Part shown: positions 49,349-57,992 of the stretch, piece by piece
Position numbering within the stretch: position 1 is the stretch's first letter
How the letters are laid out: every line of letters starts with the position of its first letter
Source of the DNA: an archaeon
GTDB lineage: Archaea > B1Sed10-29 > JAVZDC01
DNA: 64,000 bases
Direction: 5' to 3'
Assembly (NCBI GenBank): GCA_038874115.1
Contig: JAVZDC010000001.1
Coordinates: 266,871 to 330,870 of the forward strand
Position numbers and translations under genes: made by a program
The notes under the pieces: model-generated
Databases searched by the model: none
Told to the model about the DNA's origin: nothing
Seen by the model: the letters and a program-made list of their open reading frames with translations, nothing else

Positions 49349-50494
49349 TTATTTTCGGAAAACTATAACTTTTTTTAATTTTTTATAATGGCTTGGCTTA
49401 GGCACAAATTTCCATATATCTTTTACATTGCAAAACTTTCTTTTTGTAAAAGAGTATAATCTTTGTCCCTCAATCCAACAATTTTTATGCTTTTCTATAA
49501 ACCTGCTAGAATTTTCGTAATCGAAATAGGGTGGGCCCATGCTTTTTTTATATTTTGAAAGGACTGGAGAAGAAACATACAAGGCAATATTTGCGTCTTT
49601 ATCTATCCAATAGTCACTTCTTTCGACCGTAAACCCTTCTTCCTCTAAGACTCTTCTGATGTTGTTACGTAAAGCCGCTAACTGAGACCAAGCTGTTTCT
49701 TCTATGACTTTTGGAACAGGAAATTTAAACAAAACATTGTACCATTTTCTTTTCTCTTTTTTTATTGTAAAGAAGTTAATGCTTGGGTTTCTCAAAAATT
49801 CTCTTGCACGAATTATTGCAAGACCAAGTTTTTCTTGGGAAAGGGCTGCAGCAACATTTCTTTTTGGATCTACGGGGTCTTGAATTTTCAAATGAGTTTT
49901 TAAATTGGCTAGTTCTTCCAAAACCTGCATAAAACTTCCATAAGTTACCACTAAAAGCTCACACAGATATCCGGAAAACCCTTTAACTTTTTCTTCCGCT
50001 CCATATGATCCACATGAAATCAAAAACTGTTTTAATAAAAGAACATCATCTTCTTTTCCCTTTATCTTCTCGAGTAAAAATTGATGGTGAAGCGGGCTCC
50101 TATCTACGGCTGTTTGAATTTCTTGTCCAAACATTATTTTTCTCGCAGGAACTATTTCAACATCAAATCCTTTATATTTCATTCTCACGTATGGGTGCTC
50201 AGCATAATGTATTTTAACTTTTTTCTTTCCAAACAATCTCTGAGAAACTTCCAAAATAACTTCTAAATCTTCTTTTTCAGGTACAAAAACAAATACGTCT
50301 AGATCTATAGAACCCTTTAAGCAAGTTCTTCTTGGAAAAGACCCAACTAAGACCGCCTCGTACCCTAAATCTTTAATTTTACCAATGATCTCTTCAGCTA
50401 TTTTTTCTCCTTTGGCAAAATCTTGTTTTGAAGGCTTTATCTTTGAAAGAACTTTTTCAAAAATCTCATTTAACTTTTCTGACATAACCTTCAT
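49349..50494 (-). CDS. cca: Archaeal (class I) CCA-adding enzyme
   Basis: VGS..DLDVF, YAEHPYV, AVDRSPLH, GFSGYLCELL, DPVDPKRNVAAA. Confidence 0.94.
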   Translation of the reverse strand: MKVMSEKLNEIFEKVLSKIKPSKQDFAKGEKIAEEIIGKIKDLGYEAVLVGSFPRRTCLKGSIDLDVFVFVPEKEDLEVILEVSQRLFGKKKVKIHYAEHPYVRMKYKGFDVEIVPARKIMFGQEIQTAVDRSPLHHQFLLEKIKGKEDDVLLLKQFLISCGSYGAEEKVKGFSGYLCELLVVTYGSFMQVLEELANLKTHLKIQDPVDPKRNVAAALSQEKLGLAIIRAREFLRNPSINFFTIKKEKRKWYNVLFKFPVPKVIEETAWSQLAALRNNIRRVLEEEGFTVERSDYWIDKDANIALYVSSPVLSKYKKSMGPPYFDYENSSRFIEKHKNCWIEGQRLYSFTKRKFCNVKDIWKFVPKPSHYKKLKKVIVFRK

Positions 50495-51842
50495 CCATCA
50501 AAGTTTTAAGCGCGCAACATACGAATTCTTTAGAGTACCTAAGGTTTAAGCATAAGTCTTTAACTTTTATCTCTGGATGCTGTTTTATAAACAAATATAT
50601 TTCTTTTAAAATAACATCTTCGGGCTCCCTTAAGCATTCATAAGTTCCATCGAATTCTTCTTTCAAAAGAATTGCTGGTCTTTTCAAAAATTCTAAAAGA
50701 GTTTTGGATTTTAAAATTAATACTAGAAAACCAAAGCTTATAAACAAAAGAGAGAGGGCTAGGAAGATAAGATATAAGGGGGAAGGGGCTCCATAATTTT
50801 CTAAAAAACTCGTTTTAAGGTATAGGTCCAAAGCTGAACCATTGTAAACCATTGGGCTTAAAAATGGCTCTTCAAAAGATTTCGAATATTTTGGAGGTAA
50901 AACTTTACCTTCGTATGGATCTAACCCAATCCATCTATCTTCTTTATAATATTCCACCCAAGCATACATCTTTTCCGCTTTATTAAAAACTAATCTGCAA
51001 GAAAGACCAGACAAATAGCAAAGTTTTTTGAAATATACTGATGCGCTCAGACTATCAAGAGGGCTTGATGCATCGTGAAATGACGTAAACTCCCCTTGGC
51101 TTCTTGGATATGCTTGTAAAAATTCCATCATATTGACGAGCAAAGCTTGGTTGGAATAGTTTGGAGAGAAAGATAATTTTGGTGGTTTGAAAAAAGTATT
51201 TGTAGAGTACCAGGAAAATTGGGCAGTCTCGTTTGATTTTATATACAAAGGAACGAAAAAAATAGAAATACTAAATTTTTCTCCCTCGGAAAGATTGCTT
51301 GAAATAAACAAATCATAAGTTGAATATTTCGTTTCAAAACCAGTTTTAATTTTTATCGGAGTAGAAAAAACAATACCCAACGCCTCCCCATTTTCTTTAA
51401 AGAGAATTACATATTTAGAAGTTTTATTAATTATCTCTGGAGTAAATATTTGAAAACTTTCCGTTGATGAAAAAGTCCATTTAAGGCCAACTTTGCCTGT
51501 TTTTTTAGCAGTTAAATCAAAATCTAGACGAACATCGCGGTCATTAAAAGTTATTTTTTCGCTTAAAGAATAATCCAGCCTTTCTATATACCCTTCATAA
51601 ACAGATGCTCCCGAGGATAAACCAGTATGGCTTGGTGCTATTATTCGTGTTTCATTTTCAAAAGAGACAGCTGGGAGAATTTGAAAAGAAAAACCATTTA
51701 CTGCCACTGGCAAATAAAAGTTATCTATTTTTGCGAAATAAGTTTCTCCTTTTACAAGATGCCCGGCATCGTAAGGTCCGAGATATTGAATGGCATTTGA
51801 GAAATTCAAGATGAACATTAGAAATAAAAGTTTTTTGATCAT
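50466..51842 (-). CDS. Membrane-anchored protein with a degenerate transglutaminase-like domain and a cytoplasmic HTH-like tail
   Basis: Signal peptide; F..LC..SGL.CRLV..YAWVE..W..LDP; TM near residue 360-378; C-terminal IKVKDLC..YSKEFVC.ALKTL.DEGYV. Confidence 0.6.
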   Translation of the reverse strand: MIKKLLFLMFILNFSNAIQYLGPYDAGHLVKGETYFAKIDNFYLPVAVNGFSFQILPAVSFENETRIIAPSHTGLSSGASVYEGYIERLDYSLSEKITFNDRDVRLDFDLTAKKTGKVGLKWTFSSTESFQIFTPEIINKTSKYVILFKENGEALGIVFSTPIKIKTGFETKYSTYDLFISSNLSEGEKFSISIFFVPLYIKSNETAQFSWYSTNTFFKPPKLSFSPNYSNQALLVNMMEFLQAYPRSQGEFTSFHDASSPLDSLSASVYFKKLCYLSGLSCRLVFNKAEKMYAWVEYYKEDRWIGLDPYEGKVLPPKYSKSFEEPFLSPMVYNGSALDLYLKTSFLENYGAPSPLYLIFLALSLLFISFGFLVLILKSKTLLEFLKRPAILLKEEFDGTYECLREPEDVILKEIYLFIKQHPEIKVKDLCLNLRYSKEFVCCALKTLMDEGYVRKVK

Positions 51843-51879
51843 ACGTTTTTATATAAATAATTTGTTTATAATTTTTTCA

Positions 51880-52392
51880 TTAAATCAAAGAAAAACGCTT
51901 CAGCTCTGTGTATTGTGGGCCTTTCGGAGAAAGTTTGCTTTCAAAAACAGAAAAATATTGAAAATCTAGTTCTCTTTTGTACTGTTTTGAAAAGAACGCT
52001 GAAAGATCTATTTTTCTTTTTATCCTGGCCAAAGTCAAATGTGGAACATAACTTTCTTTTGAAAAACCCAGTCGATGAAGTTCTTCTGATAAAAGTTTTT
52101 CTAAAGCGATCAAAGAAGGACTTTTAACAGAAATATAAAGCACTCTTATGAAATTTTTATTCGGGAAAGCATCAAATCCGTCTAAACTAACATGTACGGT
52201 CCCAAATCCTTTCAAAGTTTCCAAAACCGTAAAAACTTCTTGAAGTTTTTTTTCATCAATCTCTCCTAAAAATTTAAGACAAATATGCAAATTTTGAGGT
52301 TCGACTGGTTTAATTCCAGCAATATTTAAATCTTTTAAAAAACTTAAAATCTCAGAATCCGGTTCTATTTTAAACCCGATAAAAACTCGCAT
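51880..52392 (-). CDS. thpR: RNA 2',3'-cyclic phosphodiesterase (2H family, LigT/ThpR)
   Basis: MRVFIG, HICLKFLG, PHLTLAR, S.L.PKGP.Y. Confidence 0.92.
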   Translation of the reverse strand: MRVFIGFKIEPDSEILSFLKDLNIAGIKPVEPQNLHICLKFLGEIDEKKLQEVFTVLETLKGFGTVHVSLDGFDAFPNKNFIRVLYISVKSPSLIALEKLLSEELHRLGFSKESYVPHLTLARIKRKIDLSAFFSKQYKRELDFQYFSVFESKLSPKGPQYTELKRFSLI

Positions 52393-52452
52393 GTTTAAAT
52401 ATGAAAAGCTTTTAAATATTTTTTACTTTAAATTTAATTTGAAGGTGAAAAA

Positions 52453-52983
52453 ATGCGCGAGATCAGAGTTAAAGACATTATGAAAAAGGTTGTTTTAAGC
52501 GTTTCTGAAGACAACACGATTGAAGATTTGGCTAAAGTTATGAAGAAAACCGGCATTGGTGGAGTGCTCGTTTTGGACCATGGAAAAATAAAAGGAATAA
52601 TTACAAAAGGAGACGTTATGAGAAAAGTTTTGGCTGTTGGAAAAGATTACAAAAAAACAAAAGTAAAAGAAGCTATGAGTTCTCCAGTGCATACTATAGA
52701 TATTAATGAGAGTGCGGAAAACGCGATGAAAATGATGCGCAGTTTGAATATAGAAAGATTGCCCGTCTTAAAAGACGATAAATTAGTCGGGATAATAACT
52801 GAAAGGGACATAATTGCTATTGCTCCTTCCTTAATCGAATTAGCTGAAGAAAAAAACATTTTGGAAATAATTCCCGCTGGGGAAAAAGAAATTACTTTGG
52901 CTGGAGAATGTGAAGAATGTGGAAACTATTCTGAATCCTTGAGATATATACGAGGTTTATGGTTATGCGAAAATTGCAGATAA
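52453..52983 (+). CDS. CBS-pair protein with a C-terminal zinc ribbon
   Basis: GIITKGD, GIITERD, CEECG..LCENC. Confidence 0.9.
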   Translation: MREIRVKDIMKKVVLSVSEDNTIEDLAKVMKKTGIGGVLVLDHGKIKGIITKGDVMRKVLAVGKDYKKTKVKEAMSSPVHTIDINESAENAMKMMRSLNIERLPVLKDDKLVGIITERDIIAIAPSLIELAEEKNILEIIPAGEKEITLAGECEECGNYSESLRYIRGLWLCENCR

Positions 52984-53888
52984 AAGTACAACAGGGAAAA
53001 GATTGGAAAAAATTTTTTGATCGAGGGCCGAGAAATAGAAAACAAAAAAGATCTGAAAAGAAAGGAGGCACGATAAAAGATCTTTGCGAATATTCAGCAT
53101 ACGTTTTTCCAAACACTCCTATAAAAGAATTGCTTGGAATAATTGTTGAAAATGAGCTTAGGAGGGTGCCTGTTCTATCTCCTGGAACTAAAAAAATTGT
53201 TGGAGAAGTTAAAGGAAGCGATCTGTTGGAACTTTTCTTTTTTGGACCAAAGCACGAGATTTTTGAAAAAAATGGATTTGCTAAAACTTTAAACTTGCCA
53301 GTGAGAGTTATTTATTCTAAAAACCCGGAAAGCGTAGACGTAAAAGAATCGATAATTGAGCTATTGAAAAAGATGAGCGGCGGCAAAGGGATAATTTTTG
53401 TCACGGATAATGGAAAATTTATTGGCAGCATAAGTGAAAAAACTGTAATCGATTGGTTGAAAGAAAGCATCGTAGATGAAACGGTAGAAAATGTTATGAA
53501 TCCAAAAGTTATAACGATTCATCCCGGGTTTAAAGTTTCGGATGCTGCAAGAATGATGATCATTAACAAAATCAGAAGAATACCAGTTATAACTTATGAT
53601 ATTCCGAAATACTGGTGTATGCTTGCCGGAATAATAACTTACGCTGATATTTTGAAGGCTTTAATGCTATGTAAAAATGAAGGAGAATATTATGAATTAT
53701 GCAATAAAACCGTTGAAGAGATTATGACTAAAAATCCAGTAACTATAGAACCTAAAGAAAAAATTTCAAAAGCTATAAAAATTTTTGCAGAATCTGGTCA
53801 TGGTGCCTTACCGGTTTTCACTCATGATGTTTTACATGGAATATTAACTAGAAGGGATATATTAAAAAATATAAAGTTTGAGAAGTGA
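52959..53888 (+). CDS. CBS-domain protein (4 CBS)
   Basis: RRVPV, IRRIPV..GIIT, GALPV..GILTRRD. Confidence 0.88.
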   Translation: MVMRKLQIKVQQGKDWKKFFDRGPRNRKQKRSEKKGGTIKDLCEYSAYVFPNTPIKELLGIIVENELRRVPVLSPGTKKIVGEVKGSDLLELFFFGPKHEIFEKNGFAKTLNLPVRVIYSKNPESVDVKESIIELLKKMSGGKGIIFVTDNGKFIGSISEKTVIDWLKESIVDETVENVMNPKVITIHPGFKVSDAARMMIINKIRRIPVITYDIPKYWCMLAGIITYADILKALMLCKNEGEYYELCNKTVEEIMTKNPVTIEPKEKISKAIKIFAESGHGALPVFTHDVLHGILTRRDILKNIKFEK

Positions 53889-53894
53889 GGAAAT

Positions 53895-54710
53895 ATGAAA
53901 CTAGATAAATACATATCAAAAGAAGTTTGTGTTGTTCTTCCACAGGATACAGTAGCTCACGTTAGAAATCTTTTTTTGAAAAAAAAGATCTCTTGCGTAT
54001 TAGTATACGATAAAAAACCTATTGGAATAATAACTGAAAAAGAGCTTGCTGATGCTTTTGTTAAAGAAAGGAGAAGCATCGACCAAATACTTGCGAAAGA
54101 GATTACAAATAAAGATTTTTTAAAAATACATCCTGAAGCAAGCGTAGGGGAAATCGCGAAATTAATGATATCTAAAAAAGGCTCTCATGTTGTTTTGGTG
54201 AGGAATGACGATATTTACGGCATCATTACAAAAACCGATTTAGTTAGATATTTCGCTGAAAACTTAAAAGATAAAGTTTTTGTTGAAAATTTAATGACTG
54301 AAAAAGTTGAGACGATTACTGAAATGCACTCATTATTCCAAGCTGCTAAGAGAATGAGAGAAAAAGGAATAGAGAAGCTAGTTGTAGTGGATGGCAAAAA
54401 ACCAGTAGGAATAGTAAGCCAAAGAGATATTTCTTTAGCATCATTAGGTTTATATCCTTCAAAAGTTATACTGATAAGAAAAGCTGGAGATAAAATACAT
54501 CATCATGAAAAGATTATGCCTGCGATAGTTGCAGACATAATGAAAACAAATGTTGAAACAATAACTAAAGATGAAGATTGCGCCGAAGCTGCTAAAAAAA
54601 TGTTGGATAAACGAATTGGATCTTTAATAGTCGCCGATTCAAATGGATATTTACAAGGAATTATAACAAAAACAGACCTTGTTCGATGGATGGCTGAAAA
54701 TTGTAAATAG
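53895..54710 (+). CDS. CBS-domain protein (4 CBS)
   Basis: Repeated GIITKTD/GIVSQRD motifs. Confidence 0.9.
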   Translation: MKLDKYISKEVCVVLPQDTVAHVRNLFLKKKISCVLVYDKKPIGIITEKELADAFVKERRSIDQILAKEITNKDFLKIHPEASVGEIAKLMISKKGSHVVLVRNDDIYGIITKTDLVRYFAENLKDKVFVENLMTEKVETITEMHSLFQAAKRMREKGIEKLVVVDGKKPVGIVSQRDISLASLGLYPSKVILIRKAGDKIHHHEKIMPAIVADIMKTNVETITKDEDCAEAAKKMLDKRIGSLIVADSNGYLQGIITKTDLVRWMAENCK

Positions 54711-54782
54711 CCCTGGTAGTCTAGCGGTTTAGGATCCGGGCCTGTCACGCCCGGGACTCGGGTTCGAATCCCGACCAGGGCG
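54710..54782 (+). tRNA. tRNA-Asp(GTC)
   Basis: GCCCTGG/CCAGGGC acceptor, CGGGC-CTGTCAC-GCCCG, GGTTCGAATCC; no CCA. Confidence 0.96.
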
Positions 54783-54798
54783 TTTATGAGGTGAGAAG

Positions 54799-55275
54799 GT
54801 GGAAAATAAAATAATAATAGGTGTTGTTGCAATAATCGCGATCATTGGACTTGGAGTATTAATCGGTTCTCTTGGTGGAGGTTCTTTTGCAAAGACGGTA
54901 AACTTTAAGTGTCAAAAAGATGGGGATGAGCTTCCCTGTCAAGTGGAAATATCGCAGGATGAAATAGTTTTCAGTACAAAAGCCATAGACACAAAATTTA
55001 AAGTAAAAGAAGCTAATTTAAAAACCTGTGAACAATTTGGGGAAGCGATGTGGCATTGCACAGGAAAAACACCATGCGAAATAATTCAAGATTCTTCTCC
55101 TTACAAAATGAAGTGCCCAATCCAAAGTGGAAAATATGCTTTAGAATTATCGCTTGGGTACTCTAGGCCAGCGGCGCCAGACGAGACTGTTCCTTCAGAA
55201 TGTAAATACGGTTCGATAGGCGGCGATATGCTAAATTGTGAATTGGGTACTGTGGAAATATACTTTGAAAAATAA
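54799..55275 (+). CDS. Membrane-anchored Cys-rich exported protein
   Basis: GAGGTGA RBS before the GTG; N-terminal TM; 8 Cys. Confidence 0.7.
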   Translation: MENKIIIGVVAIIAIIGLGVLIGSLGGGSFAKTVNFKCQKDGDELPCQVEISQDEIVFSTKAIDTKFKVKEANLKTCEQFGEAMWHCTGKTPCEIIQDSSPYKMKCPIQSGKYALELSLGYSRPAAPDETVPSECKYGSIGGDMLNCELGTVEIYFEK

Positions 55276-55315
55276 ATTTCAAAAGTTTTTTAAACCAGGA
55301 AAGCCAATATTATTT

Positions 55316-55451
55316 GGCGCATGGGTGAAAGGTCAAGATGTGGTGATTGACCTACAACAATGCGCCGATCAGAGCTTCATCACGTAACATCATATTCATC
55401 CTGTAAAAAGTATGGTGAACTTGAATAATCGAGAATCAAAGATGAAGCTCT
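55316..55451 (+). ncRNA. Candidate structured ncRNA: K-loop hairpin with an H/ACA-like pocket, plus a three-way-junction domain
   Basis: GGCGCAT(55316-22)/ATGCGCC(55360-66) and AGGTCAA/TTGACCT stems with tandem GA/GA; AGAGCTTCATC(55371-81)/GATGAAGCTCT(55441-51); BRE/TATA-like AAAAG-TTTTTTAAA about 25 nt upstream. Confidence 0.55.
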
Positions 55452-55464
55452 TTCTAACGCGATT

Positions 55465-55812
55465 ATGAAAACTTATGAAAAAATTATTGAAGATCTTGTA
55501 GAAAACAAAGATCTAAAAATAGTTGAAGGAAGAAAAGACAAAGAAGCTTTAGAAAAGCTTGGAGTATCTAAAATAAAAACATTGAAAGGCCCCATCTCAC
55601 AGTTCATCTCAAAAATAAATGAAAGGATAATAATCTTGGTGGACTGTGATGAAAAAGGAGAGAAAATAACTCAAGAAATAGTAAATCAATGCGAACAACA
55701 GGGATTAAAATACGATTTGGAATTTAGGAGAAAAATTTGTAAAGTTTTTGGTATAAAAAAGTTTGAAGAAATTTATAAAAAAATGGAAAAACTGGAGGGA
55801 GAATATGGGTAA
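55465..55812 (+). CDS. Small Toprim-domain protein
   Basis: IVEGRKD, LVDCDEKGE. Confidence 0.88.
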   Translation: MKTYEKIIEDLVENKDLKIVEGRKDKEALEKLGVSKIKTLKGPISQFISKINERIIILVDCDEKGEKITQEIVNQCEQQGLKYDLEFRRKICKVFGIKKFEEIYKKMEKLEGEYG

Positions 55813-57061
55813 AACATATATTGACACAGTAAAATATTTGATAGTCGCTAATGTTGAAATAAAAGGAATCGTAGAAAAGCCAGACGTAGTTGGAGCAATA
55901 TTTGGTCAAACAGAAGGACTTCTTGGAGACGAATTAGACATTAGAGAACTACAAAGATCTGGTAAAATAGGGCGAATTGATGTTGACTTAAAAGTGATTG
56001 GTGGAAAAAGTATTGGTAAACTCATCATTCCTTGTTCTCTGGATAAGATTGAAACGGCAATAGTGGCTGCAACGGTCGAAACTGTAGATCGAATAGGGCC
56101 TTGCGAAGCAAGTATAAAAATAGAAAAAATCGAAGATACTCGAAATTCAAAAAGGATTCAAGTCATAAATAGAGCAAAGGATTTAATAAAACAACTCACT
56201 GCAGCAGTTCCGGAAAGAAAAGAAATTTCAGAACTTATAAGAGAAGAAGTTAAAACATCCGAACTTCAAGAGTATGGGCCTGAAAAATTGGCTTGTGGAC
56301 CAAATATCGATGACGCTGATCATTTGATAGTCGTAGAAGGAAGAGCAGATGTTATTAACCTGTTAAAATACGATATAAAAAATGTGATTGCTCTTCAAGG
56401 AAGTACTATTCCAAAAACAATAATAGAACTATCTAAAAGAAAAACCATAACCGTTTTTGTGGATGGAGATCGAGGAGGGGATCTAATAGTTAAGCAATTG
56501 ATGGAAGTTGCGGACATAGATTACGTAGCAAAAGCACCAGACGGGAAAGAGGTAGAAGAATTAACTCAAAAAGAAATACTGAAATGTTTGCGCAGGAAAG
56601 TGAGTATAGAAGAATTTAGTGAAAAAGTATTGAAAAATTCAACGAAATCAGAACAATCAAATTTTGAATATGAGCGTCCTTCTCAAATTGAAGAAAGACA
56701 AAAAAGTTGGACTCAAAAACCAGTAACTTCAAGCATAACCAGGAAGGAAAAACCACATCAAAAAGTTGAATTTAACGAGGAAGAGTCACAATTCTTGGAA
56801 GTTTTAAAAGCTTTGAGCGGAACTCTAACTGCTATTCTCCTTGATGAAAATCTAGAAGTAATTAAACAAGTTGAGGTCAAAGATTTAAGCGAAGCTTTGG
56901 AGGAGGAAACAAAATCTGTTTATGCTGTAGTATTTGACGGGATAATAACTCAAAGGTTGTTGGATATAGCGAAAGAAAAAGAAATTAAATATGTTGTTGG
57001 TATGAAAAAAGGAAAAATAGAAGATGAGGGAAATGTAATAATTTTAACTTTGCCTTCTTAA
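55805..57061 (+). CDS. dnaG: Archaeal DnaG primase-like protein (exosome-associated)
   Basis: DVVGAIFGQTEGLLG, VVEGRADV, DGDRGG, VFDGIITQRL; start refined to MGKTY. Confidence 0.96.
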   Translation: MGKTYIDTVKYLIVANVEIKGIVEKPDVVGAIFGQTEGLLGDELDIRELQRSGKIGRIDVDLKVIGGKSIGKLIIPCSLDKIETAIVAATVETVDRIGPCEASIKIEKIEDTRNSKRIQVINRAKDLIKQLTAAVPERKEISELIREEVKTSELQEYGPEKLACGPNIDDADHLIVVEGRADVINLLKYDIKNVIALQGSTIPKTIIELSKRKTITVFVDGDRGGDLIVKQLMEVADIDYVAKAPDGKEVEELTQKEILKCLRRKVSIEEFSEKVLKNSTKSEQSNFEYERPSQIEERQKSWTQKPVTSSITRKEKPHQKVEFNEEESQFLEVLKALSGTLTAILLDENLEVIKQVEVKDLSEALEEETKSVYAVVFDGIITQRLLDIAKEKEIKYVVGMKKGKIEDEGNVIILTLPS

Positions 57062-57457
57062 TCATTTTTTCTTTCTTTTACCGATAATTTCTTTTTCAGC
57101 TTGGGTCTTTTCTGAAGGTTTAAACTCTGCTCTTAAAAAACGTGAAGAATATATCCAAACGCCAAGAACAAAGACACCAAACCAAAACATAACTTTAGCC
57201 AAAGGGGGCAAAAGTAATCCAAGTTGAGCATTAGTATTTGAAGCTAAATCTAAATTAATCTGAAGTCCATTCACAGAAGCTAAAACTTGCGTCCGAGCGC
57301 CAAAATTAGCGTCTCTAATAATATTTGCAACTAAAAATAATTGGAAAAAAGATGCCAAAACCATTATAAAGCTTCCAAGTATTAAAAAAGATGCAAAAAG
57401 CTTTGCTAGATCAATATTTTTAAATCCTTCAGTTAAACAAAACATTATAATCACCAA
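57062..57457 (-). CDS. Hypothetical 2-TM membrane protein
   Basis: Two hydrophobic segments and a basic tail. Confidence 0.6.
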   Translation of the reverse strand: MVIIMFCLTEGFKNIDLAKLFASFLILGSFIMVLASFFQLFLVANIIRDANFGARTQVLASVNGLQINLDLASNTNAQLGLLLPPLAKVMFWFGVFVLGVWIYSSRFLRAEFKPSEKTQAEKEIIGKRKKK

Positions 57458-57511
57458 TTAGTATAAAAAGGTAAAGATATATAAAAGTTTTTTGCTTGAA
57501 TATTAATTATA

Positions 57512-57584
57512 GGGTTCGTGGTCTAGTGGTTATGACGCGGCACTTACAATGCCGAGGTCGCAGGTTCGAATCCTGCCGAACCCA
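57512..57584 (+). tRNA. tRNA-Val(TAC)
   Basis: GGGTTCG/CGAACCC, CGGCA-CTTACAA-TGCCG, GGTTCGAATCC. Confidence 0.96.
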
Positions 57585-57589
57585 TTTAA

Positions 57590-57660
57590 GCGCCGATAGT
57601 CTAGTGGTAGGACAGGGGCCCTCCAAGCCCCTGACCCGGGTTCGAATCCCGGTCGGCGCA
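57590..57660 (+). tRNA. tRNA-Gly(TCC), atypical C33
   Basis: GCGCCGA/TCGGCGC, GGGGC-CCTCCAA-GCCCC, CCGGG-TTCGAAT-CCCGG. Confidence 0.92.
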
Positions 57661-57674
57661 CTTAAGGTTTAAAA

Positions 57675-57992
57675 ATGAAGAAAAATATAAAAACAAAATG
57701 GATAAAAGAATTAGCCTTAAAAAGAATTGAAAAGCTTTTTAAGCTTGCAAAAGAAAATATAAAAGATAGGCCGGATAGAAGCAGAAGATATATTCAATTG
57801 GCCTGGGAAATATCCAAAAAATACAACACGAGAATCCCGTTCAAAAATACGTTTTGCAAAAAATGTTTTACATTAATAATCCCAGGAAAAACAAGCATGG
57901 TTCGCATAGAATCTAAGAAGAAGAAAATCATATATATCTGTTTAAATTGTGGACATAAAAAAACAAAAGTATATAAGAGGTTGAAAGAATGA
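57675..57992 (+). CDS. rnp4: RNase P protein component 4 (Rpp21)
   Basis: RIEKLF, RRYIQLA, FCKKC..PG, CLNCG. Confidence 0.92.
   Translation: MKKNIKTKWIKELALKRIEKLFKLAKENIKDRPDRSRRYIQLAWEISKKYNTRIPFKNTFCKKCFTLIIPGKTSMVRIESKKKKIIYICLNCGHKKTKVYKRLKE

Noticed and set aside
55368..55383. Minus-strand GTGATGA-AGCT-CTGA (C and D box-like)
   Set aside because: Only 4 nt between the boxes and no D'/C' pair, so not a canonical C/D sRNA; G-U pairs favour the + strand.
55295..55451. Possible RNase P or SRP RNA (GGAAAG at about 55298; rnp4 and srp54 nearby)
   Set aside because: Too short, and lacks the RNase P P4/CR-V elements and the SRP helix-8 motif.
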